DNA of 64,000 bases from Lingula anatina (Eukaryota; Animalia; Brachiopoda): positions 32,321,967 to 32,385,966 of the forward strand of contig CM120640.1 in NCBI GenBank assembly GCA_051362555.1. The letters are read 5' to 3'. Below are positions 26,801 to 41,900 of the stretch, in pieces. A model generated the notes under the pieces. That model saw only the letters and a program-made list of their open reading frames with translations, was not told the origin of the DNA and did no database searches. Within the stretch, counting starts at the first letter, position 1; the number at the start of each line of letters is the position of its first letter. Position numbers and translations under genes: made by a program.

Positions 26801-29639
26801 AATAACATAACATTAAATGATCACACATACCTCCCCCCATACAATGCAGCAAAACGTTGGCAAAGAGCATGTAAAATAACCTTCGTAAAGTCTGATAAGA
26901 TAAGAGTGGCACTACATGTACACATCTGATAAATACAGTATAGCAGCTGCAAAGTGCACGTTTCCTCCACATTTAGCGATAAACGAGGCGTTTTATAATT
27001 TGACCTTTTTATTCTTACCTCAGCGCCCGCATGACAACCTTATTTGCCGGCCGATTTCTTGAATTAAAACAACTACGGGTTAAGCAATTCAGTTACAGTT
27101 GAATAAAAAGATCAACGGTTATTCCAAGTATTTTCACAAGTTAAAGATGTCATTATTTTCAAGCCTCGTCGCCTGTCAGCTGTTTTTGGGAATTCCGTAC
27201 AATTGGTCACATATTTAATGCGTTGATATTAAAAAAACTTTCGAAGCTTATTATGACTGCATCTGCATCCTTTGGGTTCTCATTTCCACTTAAGATAGCA
27301 CAAAGACGCGCAGGCACCACGTAGATCCAAAGGAACATATGAAAACACGTCGACCCATGCTGCCTGGGGAAATAAAGAAAGCTGTATCATTTCTGTCCAG
27401 AGCCATCTTCCCTCTCGATAAACTTTTTTTTTTTGTGATCTAACTTTAAAGAGCACGTGTAATTTGGAAGCACTTCAGGATAAGACACGCTATGCTATTG
27501 ATGGATTGGTGTGAAGTATTACATGTATAACCTCGCATAACCGTCCTTTTACGTGGGAACCTAACATTGTTTTGTTGAAGTTGTCTTCATATTCGTGTCA
27601 CTAAACTGCCCAAGCATTAGTTATCCCTACATCTTAAGGGTTATTAACAACACGATGTACTTATTTACACCTCAAAAATGTTTTTTTAAGATAACAAGCA
27701 GCTGGTGGGCAAACAGTGCACACCTTATTTCTGGACATTCTGCGATTTAATTGCCTGACAATAGCGATTCCTATGCCAAAGGCATGGCCTTAGGCCCATT
27801 TGACTGTGCGATGGCAAGACACATGAACATATGTGCACTAATTGAGTTTTTTTCTCACTGCACAGTAATATAAGTGAATACCGCCAGACGGAAATCAGAT
27901 ATCATCATTAGGATGTATTATGCTCGATTCGTGCAAGGGAATATATATTGATGCCCATATCCTTCAGACATTGTAGAGTCTTACAGTATCCATCCAGTTT
28001 ATTACTCAGCAAATTCATGATTTCAGTTTAAATGATTAATTTCAGGCAAAAATTCTCGCTGTCTCCTTCAGAGCAAATTTTATCATATGATTGGATTGTT
28101 TGCAATGTTGGCCAATTAAATGTGCAAATGTATCAATAGACGGGTATATGTATGGTTTAAACCCCGGTTTGTCTCCGGCAAACATTAAAGAACTGTGTGC
28201 ATTAATTTAAAGGCAAAGTTTTGGTGGTAATACCAATTACCATGGATGTTTAATGCCCATTAATCTTTGCATTAAGGTTCAGCAAAGATCAATGATAGAC
28301 TTAATTGCTGACCAGGCTATTTTAAGAAGGGATTTCTGATGTCGGGTTGATGGAATTCGTTTCAAGTAAAGCCCCAGTCAAGCAAATAAAAAAAGCCAAA
28401 TTGACATTTGTTGTATAGGTTATATATTAATCTTGATTTCTCTTTTTTAAAGCAGAGTATTGGCATTTTGTTAACAAATTGAGGTGGCAGTCCTGGGGCC
28501 CGTTTCACGAAGTTCTGGCACAGTAAGTTAGAATAACTAGAGACAGAAATATCTCACTAACGAGCTCTATTAGGTTATCTCACAATTCATCAGGTTGTGC
28601 CGCTTTAAACCCCAAAAGGTTCTTCGCACTTACAGTGGGGCGTCCCCTGATAAAGCCATCAACATGGCTAGTTCACATGTTATGCAGACAGCGTGTTTTA
28701 TCATAATTTTTTTCTAGAAATTATTTTCTTGGTTTGAATATCGAAGAGACACTCTTGTTCTTTACAACGTCGCATCCATTCGTACATCTGTACTGTTGCG
28801 AAAAAAAATGTCATTTTCTTACAAGATTAGGCAAGATGCCGGTTTCCATGCAGGTCCCTTGTAGAAGTGATTACAATTTTGTTTTCAAATTTCGACTCGT
28901 CGGAGGGAGGGTTCCATTTTACTAACTCTATAAACTATGAATAACGTATAGACAGTACATATCATTTTTGCAATTTTCACCCCTTCCTAACCTTTGTTTA
29001 AGCATGACGTTTACATTCTTTTAAATTCAGCCATAAAGCCATTCGAAAGATTGGACATGGAGAACAAAAAGAAGTATTGCTGTATGGTTCTACAATTATA
29101 ATGATTAAGTTTTCCAATCATTTGTATGGCCCTTAAACGAACGCCAGACTAACATGTAACTGTTCACCTTACCGTTAAGTTTACCAAGCATGACGCAAGA
29201 TCAGACGCACTGTTGGGCGTTGAAGGATCAAATGTATCTGAGTAAAATTGAGTTAACAACGGGGTTATGTGTTTCCTGTAATTTGCAATAGATATCCGAG
29301 TACGATGTAAACTGAATTTTTTTATAAATCTGTGGAATAATTCGATTATGAATAATTCCTTTTGCAAAAAGAAATTTTATTACCAGCATTTATTTCAACA
29401 TTCATGTTTAATTTACCCAATCCCCCCCCCCCAAAAAAAAAAAAAAAAAAAAAAAAACATAACAAGATCCCACTTATGTAATGCGCGTTCTGTCTGATTG
29501 AACACACACTGAAACCTGAAACCAAACCCCAAGGGTGGTCTGAAACGTTGAGGGCAAAACAGTTGTAAACATACTTGTAAGAGATGCCGTTGGTTGTATG
29601 AGGTAATATACATGTGTATCGTGGATGTATACCATTCAT

Positions 29640-30040
29640 CAGTGGCCAAGCAGATTCTGAGGAGAAAGTTGGGCTGGATAGGATCGGGAAACCAGCACCC
29701 AGCATACCCTCTACCAGGACCGCAGTTGTTATTTTGTGGACTATTTTTGCTGAGGCGAGTACGGAGATAAGCTATCTATTTAACCAGAGACACATCTGCT
29801 AATATCTAGTGAAAATGTTAATCTGTAGCCCTGGTAGAGGGTACACCCAGCACAAACCCTGACCTGGAAACCCCAAGGCAAAAGGAAGCGAGGCCGGCCT
29901 TGAAACAGCTGAAGGCGAGACACTGAGGCACAGCAGGGGACCAACTGGAGGGGAGCAGCGAGAGCAGCCCAGAATAGAGTCAGCTTGGGCCGTCACGGGT
30001 CTATGTCCATCCTTGAGTGAAGGGCCTCAGTTAGTAAGTA
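29640..30040 (+). mobile_element. 3' fragment of an RTE-clade LINE, interrupted by a MITE
   Basis: Frameshifted translation VAKQILRRKLGWIG..KPAPS / TLTW.PQGKRKRGRP*NS*RRDTEA...ERAAQNRV matches the typical RTE ORF C-terminus. Ends in a short agta-like tail. Confidence 0.8.
29705..29843. mobile_element. 139-bp MITE with 9-bp TSD (AcademH-like or Mutator-like)
   Basis: Perfect 14-bp TIR TACCCTCTACCAGG/CCTGGTAGAGGGTA. Exact 9-bp direct repeat CACCCAGCA at 29696-29704 and 29844-29852. Confidence 0.9.
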
Positions 30041-33000
30041 TAGCATCAGTCACATCAATCTTCCTCAATGTCATGATGTATCAGTGTCATAACCATGCAT
30101 ATTTTACTGAGCGCCCTCATCTCTTGGAATCAGGATGGCGCTTAATCGCGTGAGCGTCAGGATTCATCTTCTAGACAATATATTAAGGTGAATGTCTGTT
30201 TATATTAGTGTAAGTGAATTTTTTTAAAGACACTCATGTGCATAAAGCTATCACATGCTACATCCCTTCAGAAAAAAAGCCTACAATATCTCATAAAGGG
30301 TCTCTTGTGTGGCGGTTGCTAACGGTATGTCCAATGGTTATCATGTTCTGGGAAAAAAAGGTACCAACAATGCTAATAACAATAAGAACAAGAATTTAAA
30401 AGGGAGAATTAAAGGAGCCTCGCATTGTCTACAATGTACGTCAGACGCATCATAAGGAAACCGGAATCCGCGACTTGATCCTTGGTCTGTTGCTGTTGCG
30501 TCAATGAAAGCCATCTATATGTGACGACACTTAAGCAGATGCAAGCTCGTTTTGCCGACGTTCGGTATGACCATACAGCGGTAATTGAACGGGATGAAGT
30601 TGGTTTGAGCCAGCCAGATTTTCCACACAGCCCCTATATTGGAGTCAGATTGTTTCTGGTTCAACAACGTGGAGGTTGAACAATCGCAATCGCTTACGGA
30701 TCACCGGACAGAGATCATCGTAACAATTCCAGGTATTCGCTTTCTAATGATGCCGACTTTGCGTCATTAATCTCTATACACCAGGTTGTGTGCGAAATTC
30801 GTATTTCAAGCAGTTTTCATACTAGGAGTGGATGCGGGTGATATGTGAAAATATACGCTATATGTTTTATTAGAATTCGCAGGCTTTTCAGTTTATTTTG
30901 ACATGTAATATGGGTATATAAATGCACATAATCTATCGTGACCAATGATGCCGAGATGCACGTATCACATACAGTTGCAGAAGGCTGAAAAGGTAGTGCG
31001 TCACCCACTGCTATATTGTTGGCGGAGATGTACTTATCCGTGAACAGATTTTCTTCGAATTGTCAAAGGTAAGAGGGAATGAATATCTTTTCAAACACCA
31101 TCGTTTAAATCAAAGAGTGTCTCACTGCATCCGCTTTGTAACGACCTCGTCCCACATATTTTTTCCATCGTTTCGATTTGTCGTGGTGCAATTCAGGCTT
31201 TTATACTGACAGCTACATGTGTATACATGTGCTGCTTTCTGCTGCGCGGCATTCGAACAGCAGGCGAGATGATTAGTCCACATGTCTATGGCACGTAAAA
31301 AGAATTTTCAGTACCTTGTTATAATTGGTTTATCGCTATCTGTTTCAGCGACCTTTTAAACAAATAGCGTTATGTTTCAGAACAACACCGTTGAGCATTA
31401 CTGCCATGATATGGTTCACAGCAGAGTTGAGATTGCAAAGAATGGTGCCAATATGAGAAAGGTCGAGCATATGTTTTAGCAATAGGCTCGTGTAAATTAG
31501 AAAATTGCAGATAGTACTGTCATCAGAAGTGAAGTTATAGTACCGAGAAAATAAAATGGTTAAACAGACTAATATGAAAAGAATGATCACATTAAGTCTT
31601 TCATGCATCCACGGAAAAAATAGAACACAGTGGCATAATTAACATCTTTCCAAACGTGGGGTTTGAAGAAAGTGAGAGATATGTATATCTTAGGTGCCAT
31701 AATTAATGGATCATTGTTTGCATCATCAACAATTTTCGTCTGATTGCGTGTAGTGTATATCATCTTTATATTTAGTTGTAGGCCTACCCGGTATGGTGAG
31801 ACGTGTGACCCTTTGTTTTGCACACTTATGATAGCAGCCGCTCATTCCAGCGCACAGCATTCTCATATTTTCCAGCACAATTTATTTTCTCGTTTCAAAT
31901 CCATTGGAAGTAAATTATTGGGGTTTCACTTATTTGGTTGTAGAGCGGAACCAGGAAACTGAGCCGTCGGCTGAATTTGTTTTGTCAAATGGCCGGCTGG
32001 TCCTCAGTGAATATAACATCGAACATCGTGTGGTGTGGTTGAAATGCGATTGATTGCAATAACTTGAATGAATATGGATGAATGAATGCTTGTCTGAAAG
32101 TCGTGTTCTTACGTAATGCAATAACGATGCGGGGAACTACAAGCGTATCAAAACAGAAAAAAAAAAAACAACCCACACAGGAAATGTTTCGTGTCTGAAT
32201 ATATTATTTCTTACATAAACTACATGAAAGTTAACCTTTGAATTCAAATTATTTTATCTGAGAAGTACTGGTTCCACATTTTGGTCCTCCATACATTTGT
32301 AAGTTGACCCTGTATACCCTGAAGATGTGACAGCGCATAGATAGGCCGTTCAGCGGTGTCGAGTAACGTATCAATTTCCGGCAAATTGCCTGGTTACAGT
32401 GCGATATGTATAAAATGTAAACACAGTTAGTCAACTAACACTTGCTTCTGTCTGCCGATTGATCTACCACATATCCATCATAAAGACAATAGCATACAAC
32501 TTGGGGCTCGCTAATACATGTATATAATACGCTGCTTTGAATTACACAAATTGTTATTGGAAAGACACGAGAATGAATATGATTTGCTTCTCCGGGTGTC
32601 GCGAGAGTAACGGATACGAGAGCTGATGGTCCACTTATCCTTCGCCTAGTAATAATTCATGCATCAGGGTAAATGCTCTCAGAGTTGTCAGAAACATTTG
32701 GACCTCCATGGCTTAAATTGTACCAAAAGGCATAAAACCGCTCCTGTCGTCTGCCTTTTCGTATCCCATAATTTTCGACTTTCAAAATACCCATTAACGA
32801 CACCGATGATGGAGAAGGTGCCGTCCAGATAAGATGTCATTAAGTCTCAGCCAATGATTGGTCAAAGTCAAGGGTATGGATAATTGTATAAGTACATACG
32901 AGATCAAGAACAATGCCTTTAATCTTTATCCTTTGAAAGGTATAATTATCATCGGAGTGAGGCCTCGAAATCAAAATGGATTGTATTCAAAAGTAGATAA

Positions 33001-34033
33001 TATAATAAGCATCCAGTCTGGTTATAATAGACGAGGAGTTACAAAGTGCTCGTTTGCTTCGCTGTGAAAACTGATAAAATAATCATCGCGACTTGCATAT
33101 GACAATATTATGTTATGTCATTTGCTGTTCTCTTGGCGATTAATATGGAATCATACCACTGAAAACAGATGTTTCCTCATAATCTGAGAAAGCCACTATA
33201 ACGGTTACGTGCACCTGTCTTGATGGCAAGCTATCGAATCAATTAGCCAAAATGACACAAGGTACTGCGATCTATATATGCGTTTTACTTGGTGCCTAGA
33301 AACCAGATAACTTTGTACTGAGGACTGTCTTCTTCTCATATCCTTTTATATACAGGTAGTGCTTCACAGATAAGAGTATAATGGTTAGCTGTGTATTAAT
33401 CTAAAAGACAATTTTGTCAATATTGAGATTGCTGCTTTTGATTTCTGTTCTCTTTGAGAGATTTGAACAAGGTTAAGCGTACTTGTTATAGCTTTCATTA
33501 ATTGTCAGAATTAGTAAGATATAATATTGGAAGTTAAATTGGCCAGGCTTCCAGGTGGACTTTAAGCTATTGATGCTTATATTGATAGTAAGAAAGTTCA
33601 TGCGTTTAATTTACGGGATTCAGACTGTAGGCCTGAGTGTCACGAAAATGGCATATAATATAGGTCCATATATTGTATCCAGCTGGACAAACCGTTTCAA
33701 AGACTCAAACAATTGCCAATATGAGCTTGACAAAATCGTCCCGAATAGAGTTCCACGCTTGAATTGATGCATGTCTCCACAAATCACACCTCACGGCACA
33801 TCATTCTTCTGCTGCCGTTGATGATAAACGTGGCATTTGTAAAATCCCTTTTAAAAGCGGTAACTACCAGGCTTAGGGAAAGGCTAGTTTATTGGGTCGA
33901 ACTTAATGTTGGACACTGTCGATCTGATATTCTTAGAATTACGCTTTTTAAAAAAATATGTGTGGAAAACATTCCCGCATATTTACTTTACGGATCGATT
34001 TGTAGCAAACAGACAATGTTCCTTTTATTTTAG

Positions 34034-34236
34034 ATACCAAGCACCCTTAATAATTCATTTTGAAAAGGTTTAATATTGACATCAAGCAAGGCATTATTGG
34101 ACCACATTCTTTACTTTAATCTCGGATACATTATTGATGCATAATGCGGCAGGCGATGATAACGATTGAGACAATTCATAATTCCGGAATGAAATCATTT
34201 CTACGGAAAGAAAAAGGGATAGCTTGGGACGGAGAG
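34034..34236 (+). other. Candidate non-coding 5' UTR exon, possibly of GPCR paralog 2
   Basis: Acceptor ttccttttattttag| at 34033 and full-consensus donor GAG|GTAAGT at 34236. Splice signals are the only evidence. Confidence 0.3.
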
Positions 34237-37200
34237 GTAAGTTGTAAGAAAACCTTGTGAGCGAGATGCGACACTAGATGGACATGTGTAATATGTAATT
34301 GTGAACGTGATGAGCGTGTGCATATTTTCTGAAGAGCCTGCATATACTGCGATAATTAAGCATACGTCAGCATAAAACCACTTAGATGTCGCATAACAGT
34401 GACACTGATTGGGGCTGTTGGATAGAGTGTAACGATATGCATGCTGAGTTTGACAAAGCGCACCTACATGAAAGGTAAAGAACTGCTTTGTTTTTTATCG
34501 ATGTGGTAGTTGCTCAGACACAGCCCTATTTGTGTTGGAGGGAAACCATTTTAATCTGTTTATTACATAAATTTCGAATCGATATTGAATGACATATGCT
34601 TCTCGCTCATGTCATCTCCCTTACGCCATACAGGGGTGTATTCTGGCATTTAACCTAATAGATTATTGAAAACCAACTGCTCTTCTGTTCGCCCAAACTT
34701 CTAGTCTAGGCAATGGCGGGCCCGCGATGGCAACCGCTGTGCTTGATGCCAGGGGTAATTAGTAAAAGTATGTCTTACCCGATAAAGATTCATTTAGTAG
34801 CTGGGTATTGTGTATTATATTGCCTAGATTTTTCATGTATCACTAGAGGCAGCGCGAAAGAATTATGAACACGTCCAATATTCCCTTGTGATGTGAGCGT
34901 TCATAAGTACATGTACACTGAAACACATATATCGGTGTTCTCCGTTCACAAAAACATCATATGAGAGAAGCTTCACAGCCTAAACTGACACATGTTATTG
35001 TTTAGATTCTCTTTTAATTGAAAGAGAAAAAAATGTATTATATTAAGATTCATTGAGAAGATTGGAGGCAACCTTTTTTCTAAAAATTCCTTCGCTGACA
35101 TTTTCAGCGTTTTAGATTTTCTGGTTGCATCAATATATCTCATGTTTAATGTACCTGTAGGGAAATTAATAGTTTTTAGTATATGGACACTGATGAAAGG
35201 TATTCTTGTCATGTATAACAGGATTGATGCTCCGATTGATACGGCTGTCTCAGTATTTTCAGTAGATTTATAGCGACTTTCTTCATATATGATACTTAAG
35301 CATCTCATTTTCTTTTCTTTTATTTTTCGAAGGTATCAGACAGCAAGCGTTTGGGAATACGATTCCGCTGCCATTGGCGTTCTACCTTTGCGATATCCAT
35401 CCATTTCATATCATTACAGAAAAATTAGCTGGATTATGAATAGAGTCCTGATAAAATCTTGCTTAAGTACCAACATTATCGCATATAATCCTGCCCGAAT
35501 GATTAAATGGCGTCAAGCATATAGGGAATTGAATGAGGTTCTATTCCATCATTGCATGCAACCGATGGTTATTGCTCTCTTCAATAGATTACGAACGCCG
35601 TTTATATTCATACTAATCAAATGACGAAAACTGAAGTCGGAATGCTGACAGCCCATTAGGCAAATGTATATGATACCAAGTGATCGCTACAAGATGGCGA
35701 TAACTCAAATAAATACATTTGTTGATACATAAATCTTGGTCTCAAAAATCAGCATACGAGTGCTTGACACTGGTTTTTCTATGATTGATCATTAACTTGT
35801 TCAAGCAACAGTAAAGACCATCAAGCTTGTAAGGCAGGGAACATTTATATAAGCCCCCCTAGAGATATCTCAACATAATGATGGAAATAAGAAACTACCG
35901 GCAATTACAATAATACTCACAAGGTTTCTAAACACACTGGACGGGAGCATTTATTTATCCCAGCGATAATTGCAAATTAGAAAATACATGAAAATGTCGT
36001 TTACAACTGTTTTGTGACTAGCTGCGTCGTTTAAAATAGACTTAAACTAATGACAGTTTAGCCCGTTATAATAATTTATGTCCCTTTGTACCTTTAGTCG
36101 TTATTTTATATTTCTTGCAAGTCCAGTCATTCATTCAGTGACTTTGAAATCGGCGGGAGATTGGTCCGCATACCAGTCATCAAACCATATGGTTGGCGAA
36201 GTGTGATAATCTCATTCCCCAACTGTTATTCTGCAAGCCTTAAAAATGCATTTCTGCTTTACCTGCCTTCCAGATCTGAAATTACCTATTACTGACATCG
36301 CCCTACTCCTGTCTACTATCAGATTAAGCGAACAGCAAGGGGCTCAGGACATCAATATTTCTATTTAAGACATATGATCTGTTGAAATGACTACGAACTG
36401 ATATGCCCCAATAATGATCATTTTATTAATTCAAAATACAGACTTGTTTCTATAAGGTAAACTCATTTCGAAGCCCGCACAAATGTGCATATGTTTGTAT
36501 GTACATGAATACATCAAAAGCTGGGCCAATTTTCAGTGTACAGTATATCTAGGTCTGTTTATCTAACTATCGGGATCTAAACCTGTTTCTGGCCCACGTT
36601 TCAGGACATTGCCCCATTACATCAGAGCGAGTCTCGGTAACTTAGCATTTGAATTTCATATAAAAGGTGACATGTTTAATATTTAACAAACGTGAAGTCA
36701 ACGCGACAAACAGTAACAAATGAATAGGCAGTTGCCATTCATCTGTCTGAAGTAGACGCCTTGATCTTAGGCAAGAAAAAAACCCTTGTTTCGTTCATCC
36801 AAGACTATAATCTGTATATTAGCATCTTTCACAGATGTCATACGTTTTCGTTGTTTCTTTTAGGGGTTTCAGAGACTTAGATTTACCAAAGTGTTTTCAT
36901 TGTCAACAGCAATCAAGTGACAGTCCACGTTCTATATACAATAGTACAAGTACTGTTCTGCTGGGAACATACCCATACATACACAGCAGTGTAAGTTGAC
37001 TTCACTTGAAGATTGCACAGCGTATGCCCTTAATGCTGCTGCATTTCCTGTATCAAAAGACAGATCTGTTAAGTAGAAGATGTATGAGGCGTATACCTAC
37101 ACGTATAGAGCTGATTTGATTTAATTAAATGAACAAGCACGCCAATGTACATTACCACATTATACATACATGTAAACGATGAAGCGTGTAGTCTAAACAA

Positions 37201-37423
37201 GTCGGAAGTTAGTACCATTCGTGTCATCTAACATCATCAGAAAATAGCGTGTGAGGTTTTCCTTTAGTCAATAACATTCTATTTGGTACTGTATGTTTTT
37301 TTCTCTCATGTTACCAGCGACAATCATACCCCTATGTTATCTTAATTGTTTTAATCGATGGTGAGCCTTTGGTTTGACTTACATGTTGACAGAGAATGTT
37401 TGGATTCTTTAGGAAAATGTTAA

Positions 37424-37764
37424 AGGGATAACAACTGTTCAATTTGGCCAAATAAAAAAGGACTTTCCTGGGGTAAACAACAATTTTCCCATACTTCAAT
37501 GGTAAATAGTCCATTCCGATATTTAAAGTTAGTTCGTGTTTTTAATCGAAAAAAGGTTTGTTTTTTTATAATAACCTTTTAAGATATTATTACGGCGGTA
37601 TAGCCATCTATGAAGGTCCACGTGATTTGATGGCACGCACAGATTCCAGAATAATTGCGATATCCGCTGTATTGGTGGTAAAATGGCATTTATCATATTT
37701 CTATGAATTGTCTGCGATGTTTTTATTGTGAAATATGAGTCTCATACAAACAATTGTTATCCCT
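37424..37764. mobile_element. Kolobok-like MITE with TTAA TSD
   Basis: TTAA|AGGGATAACAACTGTT ... AACAATTGTTATCCCT|TTAA (15/16 TIR match, purine-purine terminus). Confidence 0.8.
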
Positions 37765-38694
37765 TTAATCTGAATGCTCTTAAAACTTACAGATATTTTT
37801 CATACCTAGATTATACAGAAGAGGAAGTTCCATGGCTAACAAAAGGCGATATTGTGAAATAAAGAGTGTTACATGTTGAATCTTTACACGAATCGTGGAA
37901 TACTACCTGGTCAGTTATATTTAGGGTATACACCATTTTATAATTTAGATTAAAGGGTCTATTTATCATGGGTTTGCAAGATACATAAACCATGTATTCT
38001 ACTGGAAGCAGTAATGTAAAAAGACATTCTGGCGATCAAGTCACCTGGAAAATATTAGGCTCATGTTGTAATAGTGTTCATGACCAGAATATGGAGCGAG
38101 ATCAACGGACCTATACATTTTTTTTTTTTGTTTTACGCCGCAAAACTATGAACATACATCAGAACTTTAGTGGTTGTTTTTCCGACAATTATTTCCTCTT
38201 TGGTGAGAAATGGTCATGTCGTGCCCACAATAAGATCTGCTTCCTCTGATTGCATTTTACAACCCTATTTTTCTCAGTTGCCTGGTGATGTCCTTTTCTA
38301 AGAAAATCGCAGGAGTAAGAATATACTTTTTCAGCTAACTATGTGATTAAGGTATATGTTAGGTCACCAACAAATCTTATCCCTTTGTTGATCGTCTAGT
38401 CTAATGGAACATGTACCTTCCCACAGTGTTAATTAATCGTGATTACGCGTCAAACTGCGACATTACAAACACACTGGGAATATGGCAATAGTGTCGTCCA
38501 CACGCTACACGTTAGGACTGTATGGTCTAGCAGTTGATATACCTCAGGGAACAACATTGTAAGTCATTGTGTTAAAAGAGAAAAAAAACGCGCACTCACG
38601 AACCACATAGGACAGCTAGCCGATAAACTGCACCTCTGTACATTTTGACTTCACTCCGCGACCAAAACTTTCACACCACCAGTTAGCCAGGCAC

Positions 38695-38698
<4 letters not shown>

Positions 38699-38733
<35 letters not shown>

Positions 38734-38750
38734 ACGCGCGCGTGCACGTG
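38699..38750. repeat. (TG)n followed by CG/CA alternating purine-pyrimidine tract
   Basis: Direct inspection. Confidence 0.9.
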
Positions 38751-38963
38751 AGCGCGTGATCACTTACGTGGTTGGGCATGTTTGCCTGTGTCACTGGGAA
38801 ATCGTTGTTATACTTTTATTAGTACTTTTTACTAGTACATGTAAAACGAAATACAGAGTATTTTTGTTTAATTATCCCTGAGGTATTAATGAAGTACTTG
38901 TTATTTGCTATTCATCATCCCCGACTCCCATTAACAGGCACATCACGACAAAATCGACCACGA

Positions 38964-41900
38964 TAGTCGAGTCGCCACTCCCATAGGCCCAATAGTCGAA
39001 CCCTGCAATGTTCTTTCCTGTAAACTTTTTTTGCTGAAATGCATTCTTCAGGCCGAGAGAAGCAAAATTAGCTTGGTTGCTATTCCCGAGACCTTGAGCA
39101 TTTTTCAATATGGCCGTCAATTTATGACGAAAAATAGAAAAACGACCAGAAGTCGCCGGGTAAACTTTATTGACAGCTTTTTTGAACGTGTTTCCTATCA
39201 GGAGAGCACAACAGTACTAGTGAATACTCTTAATCGCGTACCACTAAGCAAAAAACCAAAATGGCCGTCAAAACATAAGGCAGAAAATGATAAAAGTGGC
39301 AGAATCAGTTTGTTTTTTGCATATTTATTTTTATAAAAATATATTTAAAATATATTAAAAATATATATTTATGTTAATTATGATATTTTGTTAGTCATGA
39401 CCCGAAACTCTTGGAATAAGCTTATCTGACAGTTCAGTAACCCCCCAAGAGTCTGTTTGCTACTTCTCCGGGTCCCATAGTCAAATACTTAGAATGTTAT
39501 TCCCTGAATTTTTTAAAAGAATTTAACACTTTGGGGGTATAAAAGCCAATTTAATTTGGGCTTTCTTGCGGGTGGCTAGATATGGAACATTGATCAATTT
39601 TCAAAATTCAAGATGGCCGTCAATAATATAAAAATATATTATAATATCATTATTTTGTAAATAAATAATTGTGTAACACAGCAAAGAGTCGGGTTTAAAG
39701 TGCATGATATTCCGCGTTTCAAATGACCGCTAAAACATGCCCAAGAAAGGTAAAAAGCAGTTAAATTACGTTTTTAACTGATAATTCGGCGTATAATAAA
39801 ATATATCTAACCCTGTTATTTATTGACAAAGTGTACTTGTAAGGTACAGTTATACTAAGACTCTATAAAAGAGGATCATTGATAGGACTGACCATTACGT
39901 AAGTTCTCTTTTTAATACAGAAAGTTTGTGAAGGGCCAAAAGGGGGCTCTGCAGGGGTTTGGGCACAGGGAGTCCAAAATGTTAATCTGCAATCGGGACT
40001 CTTATATTTACATGGAGTCCAACCAAGTCCGTTGGTGGAGACGGGGGTTGGGGGGGGGGGGGGTGAGTGTAATTTAATTTAATTTTTGTAAAAATATTAA
40101 CCTTATTATTTTTTTTCGTTTTTGTTTTTATATTGATCATACCTTAATATTTTTATTTTATATCTTTATCATAACTTTTTCAGTATGTACATGAAATTTA
40201 GCTTTAAAACTTCCCATTCTTTTTATTGAGGTTGGCACGTGTAAGAATATTTCATCAGTATATAACAGCATTTCTGGTTTTTCTTATTAGTGCACTTTTT
40301 AACTTTGCATTTTAAGAGTCAATAAGCAAAACATCCTACAAATCTTTTGGTTATATACTGACAGCCATTAAAATCTTTGAGGCCATAATTGTTATTCTGA
40401 AGCTCTAAACTGGATTATTTTCATATGAATCATTTGTTTAGGGCATTGGTATACAGAACCAAAAATCTTAAGTTTCATGAATAGTTTCAAAACAAAAATG
40501 GCCCCAGCCCAACACAAAGTCACAACGGTCAGTAGCCGGTACGATCTCCGCTTGCTTCGATGCAGGCAGCGATCTGTTGGCGCATGCTCGGGCAATAAAT
40601 GTGGATGGGATGGTGTCGTGTGGAATCCTATTCCAGCCTTGTCGTAGTGCCTCGATCAGCTGCTGCCTTGGCCAACGGACGGCCAAGATATATGTAGTAC
40701 CACAAGTGTTCAATCGGATTCATATCCGGAAAATAGACAGGCCGGGGTAGTCCATCCACCCTTGGGATGCCCTACCCCGAATGTGAACGGGTCATGTCCT
40801 GTTGGGAAAAGGTGATATCAGTTTTCTCCTGCATTAACGAGGTTATGTGAGGTTGCAGGTTCTGATCTATGTAGTGACGAGCAGTTACTGGTATGTTGCC
40901 ATCAACGACCACCATCGGTTGACCGCCAGCAAGCGTCGACGCACAGTGGGGCTGCTGCTCCGGTTGTTGTTCCTGCCGGGTGCTTCTTGTTCTGTACGAC
41001 TGGCATGGCGAAACTGCTCCCGTAGCTGATGCAACCTGGTGTAGTGATCCTGGTCTGGAGTTGACACTCTCTCGCCCTGGCTGCGGTATATCGCTAACAG
41101 AGCCTGGCATGTTATGGCATTCAACCAGGTTCCTGATTGTGGGGTGGGAACAGTCCATACATTATAGCTCAAATCAGACTCCTCTCACATCCAGTGCCCA
41201 GAGTACGTTGTTCACATGATAGACATGGCATGATTCCGTTCACTGGACTAACAACATGGGTGACCTTTTTTGGGCCTTTACAGGCCTCCAAAACCAATCC
41301 TCAAAATGTGCAGATGCCCACTGAGTATTGCTCAATGTGTATTTGGTCCATTTTTGCAAAAAAAAAAAAAAAGCTTACCCATGAGCAATGAACCATGACA
41401 ACATGACAACTCATCATTATCTTAACTACCCAAGCACTAAGTCATCAATAAATGCACAATGGATAATTACATCTACCCTACAAGTAGAAAAATGCATACA
41501 TTACTATCTCAAAGCTTCCATTATCTGTAAGTATATATTGGCAAAAACAACATTTCAAATACATGATGTCGATGGATAACCCTCGCATATCCCCGTACTA
41601 TGTCACGTTGTCCAAATAGCTGACTTCATGGGCCCTTACTTCTGGGTTTGTATACCCGTGCTTGGATCTCGGTTATTTATAACAAAATACATTGTTAAAC
41701 AACAAAAATACCTTTACCCATAGCTGTTAAAATATTGAAAAAAGTTTACAAGAAAAGGATAAGAATAATCCAACCTGAAGAAAACGATTTGACGCCTTTT
41801 TTATTTCAAAATGATTTAGTTTACACATACTAGAATGATAATACCTTTCATTAATTTTTTATTAAGAATGGAAAACTAGTTGTCAGGACTGAGATATCCG

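Noticed and set aside
18003-29460. Repeated poly(C)-poly(A) junctions at about 18003 and 29422
   Set aside because: Low-complexity homopolymer runs with no shared flanks or TSDs.
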